From Minisyncoccota bacterium (GTDB lineage: Bacteria; Patescibacteriota; Minisyncoccia; Phycocordibacterales; UBA9973), in contig JBAZQY010000003.1 of NCBI GenBank assembly GCA_041663185.1, positions 1-60,740 on the forward strand: a stretch of 60,740 nt of DNA, read 5' to 3'. The translations under genes were made by a program, and so were the position numbers. Positions 28,344 through 36,700 of the stretch are shown here, piece after piece; within the stretch, counting starts at the first letter, position 1, and each line of letters begins with the position of its first letter. The notes beneath the pieces were generated by a model. It worked only from the letters and a program-made list of their open reading frames with translations. It did not search any database and had not been told where the DNA came from.

Positions 28344-29270
28344 ATGTACGATTTAATAATATTAGGGGGAGGACCAGCAGGAGCTGCAAGTGCCGTCTAC
28401 TCTGCCCGCAAGCAATTAAAAACAGCAATTATAACGAGCGAGTTTGGGGGACAATCGGTTGTTTCAGAAACAATTTATAATTGGATAGGAACACCAGAGA
28501 TTTCTGGAGCTAATTTAGCAGAAAATTTAAAAAAGCATACTCTCTATTACAAGGGGCCATTTTTGGATATTATTGAGGGTGAAAAAATAGTGGAAATTAC
28601 TAAAAATGATAATGGATTTTCTACAAAATCTGAATCAGGAAAAATATATGAGAGTAAAGCAATTTTGATTACGACAGGTAGTGGTCGTCGTAAATTAGAA
28701 GCCACCAATGCAGATACTTTTGAGCACAAAGGTATCACCTACTGTGCTTCGTGTGATGGACCAATGTTTGCCGATCAAGATGTGCTAGTGATTGGTGGAG
28801 GCAATGCCGCTTTTGAAACATCTATGCAATTAGTTGCTTATTGTAAAAGTGTAACTCTGATACACAGGAGTGAAGAATTTAGAGCCGATCAGATAACCGT
28901 AAAAAAAATTTTAGAAAATCCTAAATTCAAGACGATTACTAATGCTGAAATATTAAGAGTTGACGGCGAACAATTTGTTAGTTCACTTACATATAAAGAT
29001 AAAATTTCAGGCGGAGAAAAAACAATTCCTGCAACTGGGATATTTGTCGAAATTGGACAAACGCCTAATACAGATTTTGTAAAAAATATAGTTGAATTAG
29101 ATAAAATTGGAAAAATTGTCGTTGATCCAATGACCCAAATGTCATCAGTCCCCGGAATCTGGGCCGCTGGTGACTGTACAAACGGTAGATACCACCAAAA
29201 CAACATCGCCGCCGGCGACGCCGTCAAAGCTCTCGAAGACGCCTATATTTGGATACATAAAAATAAATAG
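28344..29270 (+). CDS. trxB: Thioredoxin reductase-like FAD/NAD(P)-dependent oxidoreductase
   Basis: GGGPAG, CASCDG, GGGNAA, GIWAAGD. Confidence 0.88.
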   Translation: MYDLIILGGGPAGAASAVYSARKQLKTAIITSEFGGQSVVSETIYNWIGTPEISGANLAENLKKHTLYYKGPFLDIIEGEKIVEITKNDNGFSTKSESGKIYESKAILITTGSGRRKLEATNADTFEHKGITYCASCDGPMFADQDVLVIGGGNAAFETSMQLVAYCKSVTLIHRSEEFRADQITVKKILENPKFKTITNAEILRVDGEQFVSSLTYKDKISGGEKTIPATGIFVEIGQTPNTDFVKNIVELDKIGKIVVDPMTQMSSVPGIWAAGDCTNGRYHQNNIAAGDAVKALEDAYIWIHKNK

Positions 29271-29287
29271 CGGTTGCCAAAAAATAA

Positions 29288-29347
29288 ACACTAAAATTAT
29301 TTTTCGTGTCGGAGCCCTTTAGGGTTAAGCGAAAATAATTTTAGTGT
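29288..29347. repeat. Hairpin element, core family A (copy 3)
   Basis: Arms acactaaaattatttt around core 29305-29331, which is identical to 9633-9659. Confidence 0.9.
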
Positions 29348-29377
29348 ATATTTTTTAGCTAAAATTATTCTTATTTT

Positions 29378-30139
29378 TTACAAATTTTGATTAGCGAGTA
29401 TTCCTTCTAGAATTTCTAGTTCTGCTTTAGAGTTTGGTTGGAAAATTTCCATCATATTTACAAGTGGCACTCCTTCCACTTTTTCTTCATCTCGGAAAGC
29501 CATTTTAATCAAATCCGGCAGATAATACTCCCCAGCCGCATTGTTATTTTTTATTTTATCAATATTCTCCCAGAGCCAATTTGCATCAAAAGCGTAGATA
29601 GCAGGATTTATTTCTTTTATTTTTCTTTCTTCTTCATTTGCATCTTTATATTCAATAACCTCAACAACTTCTCCTTTTTCATTACGGACAATTCTCCCTA
29701 AAAAATAGGCTCCAGCACGCCAATCTTTAAAATCTGGTAAAATAACAGTTCCCATAGTTATAACCGCTCCACTGTTTTTATGAGCTTCAATAATACTTTC
29801 AATTGTATCTCTTGAAATTAAAGGTTGATCGTTCGACAGAACAAGGACTGTTTTATGGTCAGGGTGAGTTGAACTCTTAGCAGACATAACGGCATGGCCG
29901 GTTCCTAATTGTTCTTCTTGATGAGCATAATTATAATCTTTACCAATGACTTCAAAAATTCTTTCTTTTTTGTGTCCAACAACAATCACTGGATCAATTG
30001 ATAGATTTAAATGAGAAATTGTATCTAAAATATGTTGCAAGAATGGCTTCCCCTGAAGCATAGCAAGAGCCTTAGGATCATCAGACTCCATTCTCTTTCC
30101 CTTCCCTGCTGCTAAAATTATTATTTGTGTATTTTGCAT
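29378..30139 (-). CDS. GlmU-like N-acetylglucosamine-1-phosphate uridyltransferase domain (no acetyltransferase domain)
   Basis: [38 protein letters not shown]; 253 aa. Confidence 0.85.
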   Translation of the reverse strand: MQNTQIIILAAGKGKRMESDDPKALAMLQGKPFLQHILDTISHLNLSIDPVIVVGHKKERIFEVIGKDYNYAHQEEQLGTGHAVMSAKSSTHPDHKTVLVLSNDQPLISRDTIESIIEAHKNSGAVITMGTVILPDFKDWRAGAYFLGRIVRNEKGEVVEVIEYKDANEEERKIKEINPAIYAFDANWLWENIDKIKNNNAAGEYYLPDLIKMAFRDEEKVEGVPLVNMMEIFQPNSKAELEILEGILANQNL

Positions 30140-30159
30140 AAATTTCTAAATGTGATAGA

Positions 30160-30287
30160 GGATTCGGCTATTACATAGCCAGGTACTTTTCCACCTCACT
30201 TCGCTCGTAAGGAAAAATCTTTCGAATCCCTTACACAAGCAAAGCAGTTTGCTTGCTATCGCGAATAAAATTACTGTCGTAATTTTG
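30160..30287 (-). repeat. Structured module downstream of tRNA-Val
   Basis: Several hairpins, two of which recur with compensatory changes downstream of tRNA-Glu. Confidence 0.65.
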
Positions 30288-30360
30288 TGCGCGATAAGGG
30301 ATTCGAACCCCTGGCCTACCCCACGTCAAGGGGTCGCTCTACCAACTGAGCTAACCGCGC
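30288..30360 (-). tRNA. tRNA-Val(GAC)
   Basis: GCGCGGT/ATCGCGC acceptor stem, anticodon loop TT-GAC-GT, T-loop TTCGAAT. Confidence 0.95.
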
Positions 30361-30376
30361 GTATCTAATTTGGTTG

Positions 30377-30463
30377 CGGAGGGTACAGGATTTGAACCTG
30401 TGATCCTCTTTCGAAGATTCCGCTTTTCGAAAGCGGTGCATTCAACCTCTCTGCCAACCCTCC
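30377..30463 (-). tRNA. tRNA-Ser(CGA)
   Basis: GGAGGGT/ACCCTCC acceptor stem, G73, loop TT-CGA-AA, long variable arm. Confidence 0.95.
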
Positions 30464-30508
30464 GCGCCAAGTATACAAAAATAAGGACCAAAAATCAATT
30501 TAACAAAC

Positions 30509-32017
30509 CTAATCAAACAGACAGATTCCCGTCATTTCAGATGGTTTTGGAATTTCAAACAATTTTAAAATAGTAGGAGCAACATCCGCCAAAGTCCCTT
30601 CATGTAGAGGTTTTGTTATTTCTGTAATGATAAATGGAACTAGACTTGTCGTATGTGATGTATGTCTTAATCCAGTTTCTGGGTCAATATTTATTTCCGC
30701 ATTTCCGTGATCAGCAGTTATACATGCTATTCCATTATTAAACTTAAGAGCTTCTAATATTCTACCTATTTGCTTGTCTGTTTCTTCTATTGCAGTAATT
30801 ATTGCTGGAACATTAGAAGTATGCCCAACCATATCTGGATTCGCAAAATTCACAAAAATAAAATCGGTTCCTTTTTCTATCTGTTTAATTGCTTCATCTG
30901 CAACCCCTTCCGCTGACATTCTGGGAGCAAGGTCGTATGTTAGGACACCCTTGGGACTTTGAATAAGTATTTGATCTTCTTTCTCATATGGAGTTTCTTC
31001 CCCGCAATTAAGAAAATATGTTGCATGTGCAAATTTTTCGGTTTCAGCAATGTGAGCTTGGGACATACCATTTTCACTGATTACCTTTCCTAAAGTTATT
31101 TCAAATTTCAATGGAGGAAAAACGACATGACTTTGAAACTCTTTTCCGTAATTCGTCATTGTTGCCAAAAAGATATTATCAGCTTTTGATCTCTCAATAA
31201 TTTTTTGTGTTAACATTCTCATTCGATCAGCCCGAAAATTAAACAAGAAGAATCCATTATTCTTACTCAGTGTATAAGTGCCACCATTTTTATTTAGACA
31301 AACAAATGGCTCTAAGTATTCATCTGATTTAACCTCATCTTTATATAAATCCTCAAGAAAATTAGAGGCCCTTGTATCACAAATCCTCCCCTTACCCTCA
31401 AACATTACTTCTTCTGTTTTAGCTAGACGTTCCCAGCGCTTATCTCTATCCATCGAATATAATCTTCCGGAAACTGACGCAATTTCACCAACACCTAACT
31501 TATTAATAAAATCTTCTAATTCTTTAATATATTTTGCTCCGTCTTGAGGTGGAGTATCTCGCCCGTCAGTAATAACATGAATGGCTATTTTCTTAATATT
31601 ATTTTCTTTTGCTACTTCTAAAAAAGAAAATAAGTGCGATATGTGACTATGAATACCTCCTGGAGAAACAAGCCCTCCAACATGCAAAACTGAATCATAT
31701 TTTTTAACATGATTAAATAAATTTTGAAGAATGAGATTATTCTTAAATTCTCCACTAGAAATAGATTTATTTATTCTGATTAAATCTTGATCTAAAACTC
31801 TTCCTGCCCCAATTGTCATATGCCCCACCTCACTATTACCCATTTGTCCCTCGGGTAGTCCTACCGCTTCCCCAGAAGCCTTAAGAGTAGTATGAGAATA
31901 CTTATCCCAAAGATTATCAAAAACAGGTTTATTGGCTTGCGCAATTGCATTGTCTTTAGTTTCTTCTCTATATCCCCAACCATCAAGAACAATCAAGGCA
32001 ATTTGTTTTTTCTCCAT
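30509..32017 (-). CDS. gpmI: 2,3-bisphosphoglycerate-independent phosphoglycerate mutase
   Basis: LIVLDGWG, GQMGNSEVGH, DGRDT, NFRADR, NPDMVGHT, TADHGN. Confidence 0.98.
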   Translation of the reverse strand: MEKKQIALIVLDGWGYREETKDNAIAQANKPVFDNLWDKYSHTTLKASGEAVGLPEGQMGNSEVGHMTIGAGRVLDQDLIRINKSISSGEFKNNLILQNLFNHVKKYDSVLHVGGLVSPGGIHSHISHLFSFLEVAKENNIKKIAIHVITDGRDTPPQDGAKYIKELEDFINKLGVGEIASVSGRLYSMDRDKRWERLAKTEEVMFEGKGRICDTRASNFLEDLYKDEVKSDEYLEPFVCLNKNGGTYTLSKNNGFFLFNFRADRMRMLTQKIIERSKADNIFLATMTNYGKEFQSHVVFPPLKFEITLGKVISENGMSQAHIAETEKFAHATYFLNCGEETPYEKEDQILIQSPKGVLTYDLAPRMSAEGVADEAIKQIEKGTDFIFVNFANPDMVGHTSNVPAIITAIEETDKQIGRILEALKFNNGIACITADHGNAEINIDPETGLRHTSHTTSLVPFIITEITKPLHEGTLADVAPTILKLFEIPKPSEMTGICLFD

Positions 32018-32120
32018 ATTTTAATTATATCATATCATTTGAAAGAAAAATTGTTTGACAAAATATGATTTTGGTACTAAAGTGAAGAAAACGTAAGTCA
32101 AATCTTTAAAAATAAAAGCC

Positions 32121-32744
32121 ATGAAAAAAATTCTTTGGACAATGATTATCTTAGCGATATTGTCCTTTACTGCGCTTTGCTTGGGTATTTGTAATGTTAT
32201 TGGGCAAACAAGTATTGTGCCTGATCTCTTTAATTCCAATGTTCATCTCCAATTCACAAGGGCTGAACAAGATTCTATCCTTAAATCAAGAACGTACCTC
32301 ATAAAAAACCTGCTTCCAAAAGACCCTAGTAGAAAACTTTGGTGCCAGGATAGCGGATTCCATAACGGGAATGAATATAAGATATCGTTTAAATTCGGGA
32401 AAAAGGATACTTCTATAAATTTTTTCTATTTTTATTTGGTGCAAAACGATCTTCACACGGCCATACGTTATTGGCCGAAGAAAAATGCAACGGTAATTCT
32501 CATTTTTACCTTCAAGGAACCCTGTGAGTATTGTGTGGGCTTTGATGAAATGAGATTTGGTGAATTTAAAGAAGCCTACACTGAAGCTGATTATTTTGAT
32601 TTCTCGCGACGGGAAAAGCCAAAATATGTCTGGCTCAGAATCCCGGAGATAAGCACAATCCAGCCATCGGTCCTCAATGATTTTATAGAAATAACTGACA
32701 ACATTATTGAGGGTGGAAATGATGTATATGTAATTAAAGAATGA
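32121..32744 (+). CDS. Hypothetical secreted protein
   Basis: 207-aa ORF with a signal-peptide-like N-terminus. Confidence 0.6.
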   Translation: MKKILWTMIILAILSFTALCLGICNVIGQTSIVPDLFNSNVHLQFTRAEQDSILKSRTYLIKNLLPKDPSRKLWCQDSGFHNGNEYKISFKFGKKDTSINFFYFYLVQNDLHTAIRYWPKKNATVILIFTFKEPCEYCVGFDEMRFGEFKEAYTEADYFDFSRREKPKYVWLRIPEISTIQPSVLNDFIEITDNIIEGGNDVYVIKE

Positions 32745-32763
32745 ACCTTAAAAAATTAATGCG

Positions 32764-33282
32764 ATGACACAGCAAGCCAAAATTATGTCAAATTATCCAG
32801 TAGCAAGTAGAGTAATCGTATTTGCTTCAGCTGGAGTTGTTTATGAGGGGGTTGTTTCCTATCATTTACCAGCATCGCGTGTTCGTCCACACGTTTTGGT
32901 TATTGAAAATGGAAATCAGAACTTGCTGACTTTCATTTTCTTTACAAGATTAGATGGAACAAAAGGCTGGGTCTTGGTACCCAACGAGTCTACTTCTGGG
33001 CAATCAATTGCACAGACAGACCCGATTTACTCAATCAAAAAAGTTGAGTTACCTGCCGGTAAAAAAAGGTTTTCTTTCGTTGAATGTACTTGCCCTGAAC
33101 TTGAAAACAAAAAACATGGGCATATATTTGACCACATTGAGGGTAAAAATGCTACACCTCACATTTATAACCCCAAAGACGCAAGGAATTATTTTAAATT
33201 CCTTAAAAGCCTTGGTCGTATCTTCTGTGAAGATAAAGACAGTATAAAATGTGTTCTGTTAGAAGTCAGAAATTATTTCTGA
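32764..33282 (+). CDS. Hypothetical protein
   Basis: 172-aa ORF followed by a terminator. Confidence 0.6.
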   Translation: MTQQAKIMSNYPVASRVIVFASAGVVYEGVVSYHLPASRVRPHVLVIENGNQNLLTFIFFTRLDGTKGWVLVPNESTSGQSIAQTDPIYSIKKVELPAGKKRFSFVECTCPELENKKHGHIFDHIEGKNATPHIYNPKDARNYFKFLKSLGRIFCEDKDSIKCVLLEVRNYF

Positions 33283-33300
33283 TCTTCTGTAAGATATAAT

Positions 33301-33330
33301 AAAGGGTCTCACATCGTGGGCCCCTTTTTT
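33301..33330 (+). terminator. Intrinsic terminator
   Basis: aaagggtctcac-atc-gtgggccc followed by a U-tract. Confidence 0.65.
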
Positions 33331-33445
33331 GTTTATAGTATTGATTGGCTGGGCAAGACTTAGTCATTTTCTATTGAGGACTGTCTTTACTAGCCCATCT
33401 TGCAAAAATAGTAAATTGGGGGTAATGTGTAGAAAAAAGAATAAG

Positions 33446-33886
33446 ATGAAAGAAATTACTAATTTTATTTTTCCGTTTAATCCTCGGGTGTTTAAAGTGG
33501 GAGATCGAGTAAAAATATATTTTAAAGATAAATGGTGGAAAGGAATAATTGATCATTTTACTCCAGCAAGAGAAGAGATGTTTAAAGTTTGGTTCAATTC
33601 ATTTTTAAAAAAAGATCCTAAAATAGAAATAGTTGGAGAAGGAATTTCTTGTGGATTAAAATCAGTTATTTATAATGATTACCATAATGCCCGAATGCAC
33701 ATAAAAACGGATGAAAAAGTAGATGACGAAGATGGTGCACTTTTTGATGGTTATGGAATAAGATCAAGTTGGGGAGGGAAAGATATACTTTTTGAAGATG
33801 AACTTGAGTATATTCCAAAACCAGAATTTATTTTCTTAGATGAAACATCTGAAGAAAATTATGAAGGAGATGATTTACCTTTTTAG
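33446..33886 (+). CDS. Hypothetical protein (SH3/Tudor-like N-terminal signature FKVGDRV...WWKGII)
   Basis: Start moved to MKEITNF; acidic C-terminus; followed by a terminator. Confidence 0.55.
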   Translation: MKEITNFIFPFNPRVFKVGDRVKIYFKDKWWKGIIDHFTPAREEMFKVWFNSFLKKDPKIEIVGEGISCGLKSVIYNDYHNARMHIKTDEKVDDEDGALFDGYGIRSSWGGKDILFEDELEYIPKPEFIFLDETSEENYEGDDLPF

Positions 33887-33887
33887 A

Positions 33888-33920
33888 AGCCACTAGAATT
33901 TATTCTGGTGGTCTTTTTTT
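33888..33920 (+). terminator. Intrinsic terminator
   Basis: agccactagaat-tt-attctggtggt followed by a U-tract. Confidence 0.65.
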
Positions 33921-33992
33921 CTATAGCCATAAGAAATTCAAATTGGCATCAGATTGTGGAGAATATATTTGAATTTAAAAATTAATATATAC

Positions 33993-34076
33993 TTAGCAAG
34001 GACAGTCCTTGCTAATTTCTTGCTAATTTTAGGACAGTCCTTGCTAATTTGTTGCTAATTTGACTGTCCTTGCGAA
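33993..34076. repeat. REP-like palindrome plus 32-bp tandem repeat cluster
   Basis: ttagcaaggac-a-gtccttgctaa, then units starting at 33999 and 34031, then a half copy. Confidence 0.85.
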
Positions 34077-34658
34077 TCTTAATTTTATCCAATCTTGCTC
34101 CTGTTGTTTTTTGTTTCGAGTTTTTTGAGCAAGACCAGATGTGTGATAAACTGGAAATATATTTATAGAACAATCTTTAATGGGCGTCCCAATATTATTT
34201 TTAAGTTTATATTTTCTAAGAGTTTTAGATTCAGGATATGTTTTCTTAATTGAATATAATGCACTGTTACCTAATGGAACTATTAATTCCGGATTTGCTA
34301 ATTTTATTTGTTTTTTTAATATAGATAAATTGTTTTTTTGAGCCAATTCTTTTTGAAGTGGAGCATAATTCCTACGTTTTCCTGTTGGTACCCATATAAT
34401 TGCATTAGTTATAAATATATATTTTCGGAAATTTATCCCGAATGTTTTTATGAATAAGTGTTTAAAAAGTTTTGCTGAAGGATCACAATTTTCAAAAGAA
34501 ACAATTTCAGCTTTTGGTCCTGGACGTTCATTTATAAATAAAATTTTTATTCTATTTTTTCCTGGTATACCATTTTTAAGATCATTACTAGGTATAATGA
34601 CCTTTTTATTCCTGTTACATTTTTCACATTGTTTTCTATACTTTTCAAAAAAATTCAT
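34044..34658 (-). CDS. Uracil-DNA glycosylase superfamily protein
   Basis: CEKC, ILFINERPG, FITNAI, IVPLG, VYHTS. Confidence 0.8.
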   Translation of the reverse strand: MNFFEKYRKQCEKCNRNKKVIIPSNDLKNGIPGKNRIKILFINERPGPKAEIVSFENCDPSAKLFKHLFIKTFGINFRKYIFITNAIIWVPTGKRRNYAPLQKELAQKNNLSILKKQIKLANPELIVPLGNSALYSIKKTYPESKTLRKYKLKNNIGTPIKDCSINIFPVYHTSGLAQKTRNKKQQEQDWIKLRFARTVKLATN

Positions 34659-34676
34659 ATTTTTTCAATAATTTAC

Positions 34677-35044
34677 ATGCTTCGCATTCATAATCTATGT
34701 GAGCCACAAGTTACTAAATATACCAGGACCGCGAGTACGCTTATCGGTCATTACATGACCAGTATACCTTTTCAAAATATTTTTACAAGATAAAAATATT
34801 TAATGAAAAGCTTTTCGCTTCCCGGACATGAGCAAAGCAGTTTGCTCACTTAGGGTAATTGGAGTGCTTCGCACACTAGACTGTTGTGGTCACAAGTTAC
34901 TAAATATTTTGCTCCAAGTATTCTCAAAATATGTAAGTACTCGCGACCCCAGCTCGGCAATTTTTCTGCTGAAAAATTATGCCTGCGTCTTCACAAAAGC
35001 GAAAAAGACTGGAGCAGTCCAGTCTTTTTGCATTCGCGCTTTTG
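34677..35044 (-). repeat. Highly structured region downstream of tRNA-Glu
   Basis: At least 7 hairpins, a 17-bp direct repeat (34705 and 34891) and the module shared with the tRNA-Val downstream region. Confidence 0.65.
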
Positions 35045-35116
35045 TGACCCTACCGGGAATCGAACCCGGATTACCGGCTTGAAAAGCCGATGTCCTAACC
35101 GTTAGACGATAGGGCC
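35045..35116 (-). tRNA. tRNA-Glu(TTC)
   Basis: GGCCCTA/TAGGGTC acceptor stem, loop TT-TTC-AA, T-loop TTCGATT. Confidence 0.95.
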
Positions 35117-35273
35117 AGATTAATTAATAATTATCAATTACGAATTAGGAATTGGAAATACAATTAATCTTAATTCTTAATTAATTCCCGAAGTATAGCA
35201 TTTTTGTCGTAAAAATCAAATTAATTATTCCAATAAGCCCTTAAATATAGGCCATTTTGCCTATATATTTTAC

Positions 35274-35303
35274 TTGACAAATGCATACTATATGTGATAT
35301 AAT
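35274..35303 (+). promoter_or_regulatory. Consensus sigma70 promoter
   Basis: TTGACA-18 bp-TATAAT with an extended TG. Confidence 0.75.
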
Positions 35304-35467
35304 ACAAGAAAATTCGAACTCTTTGACATATGGTTATTAATGAAATTGATTTGTTTATTTTGAAAGCGATCAATCCCCTACTTCTTTCCGTTGGCTTTTA
35401 AAATAAACAAATCAATTCATAAAAAATAATAACTTAAAAAACAAAATAGGCCTGGAGGGCCTCGAAA

Positions 35468-36700
35468 ATGAACTATAAAGAATATTGGTTAAAACCATTA
35501 TGGATGAGTATGATAGTAATTTTTGTTGTGTGGATAGTAATTCTTTTACTACCACTCAAACCTACTATCACTCTTTGGTTTTCTATTTCTCTGGGAATAG
35601 TATTTGTAATACCAGGATCATTATTAATACAGTCATTATTTACTATTCCTAGTGATCCACAGCATTTTGGAATGATCACAGAATTCGATAAAATGGACTG
35701 GATAAAACCTGGAGAGATTGTGTTTGTTGGTCCGGGGTTACATTCATTGTTACTTAGAGGATTGTTTAGAAAAGTTGTCCTAGTAGATATTTCACAAAGA
35801 CAACCAGAATTCACCCCTCAAGATGTACTTACCCCTGATAATGTAAATGAAGAAATTCCTATTTCAGTGGGTTATATTCCTGACAAATATAATTACATTA
35901 CCTTCATCAACTTAAAAAAAGACCCTGGCGTTCTTATTTCAATGAAAGAAATTATTGAATCTGAAGTCCGTAAGTGGTCAAGACATCCAACAGAGGGCCC
36001 ACAAAGCTGGGAGGAAATTATCAAATCATCCTTGAAGGCAATTAATTTTTTAATTAAATCTCTTGGACAATACCTGTCGGAAAACTCGGACGATATTGTC
36101 CCTGGATATGATTATCTAAAAACGATTGAATCTTCAATTCCAACCGAAATCCTAATAGATTGGTATGATGGAAATAATCCTTCTAATTCAATTGTCCGTA
36201 AAGAATACGGTGATGGAGAAGAAGATTTTGAAAAACCATTTATCCAAGCTACTAGGTGGCAAAAACTTGAGCAAATGATCCCAGGATCACTGCAAAATAA
36301 TTGTACCGAGGCGAATCTGAAACAACAAATCAAAGAGAGAAAACAACTCTTGATTAAACTACGCGACGGTAAGGCTATGCTCCCGACGATTTCATTGGGG
36401 ATTGTTCTATGCCGGCTAAGTATCACCCAGATAAAACCTTTCGGACCAATTTATGAAGCTTCTGTCGCCCTTCAAAAAGAACAGAAAGAGAGGATATCCG
36501 AGGTTTATGAAATAACAACAGAGCTTGAAAAGGCAAAAATTCTCAGAGATGAATTAGCTAAGAGTGGAGTAACTGTGACTATACAAGAAGCTCTTCAAAA
36601 AATGATGAGCTGGAAGATTGAAAGAGAAGCGAACAAATTAGTTTCTGTATCCGCTTTAGCAAAAATTATTACTGATTCAACGAAAGGAGGCCCCAAATGA
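35468..36700 (+). CDS. Membrane protein, divergent SPFH/band-7-like
   Basis: Two N-terminal TM helices, VDISQR...PQDVLTPDNV segment, C-terminal coiled-coil-like stretch. Confidence 0.55.
   Translation: MNYKEYWLKPLWMSMIVIFVVWIVILLLPLKPTITLWFSISLGIVFVIPGSLLIQSLFTIPSDPQHFGMITEFDKMDWIKPGEIVFVGPGLHSLLLRGLFRKVVLVDISQRQPEFTPQDVLTPDNVNEEIPISVGYIPDKYNYITFINLKKDPGVLISMKEIIESEVRKWSRHPTEGPQSWEEIIKSSLKAINFLIKSLGQYLSENSDDIVPGYDYLKTIESSIPTEILIDWYDGNNPSNSIVRKEYGDGEEDFEKPFIQATRWQKLEQMIPGSLQNNCTEANLKQQIKERKQLLIKLRDGKAMLPTISLGIVLCRLSITQIKPFGPIYEASVALQKEQKERISEVYEITTELEKAKILRDELAKSGVTVTIQEALQKMMSWKIEREANKLVSVSALAKIITDSTKGGPK

Noticed and set aside
30370-30573. 67-aa + strand ORF
   Set aside because: Antisense to tRNA-Ser and the gpmI 3' end.
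33993-34076. Possible mini-CRISPR array
   Set aside because: The units are tandem with near-identical intervening sequence (no unique spacers), and no cas genes are in the window.
34677-35044. RNase P RNA, tmRNA or group I intron
   Set aside because: No GAGGAAAGUCC/P4 signature, no tRNA-like ends with a tag ORF, no intron core motifs recognised.
34828-35105. Two + strand ORFs (84 and 73 aa)
   Set aside because: They overlap tRNA-Glu antisense and hairpin-rich repeat DNA; no coding features.
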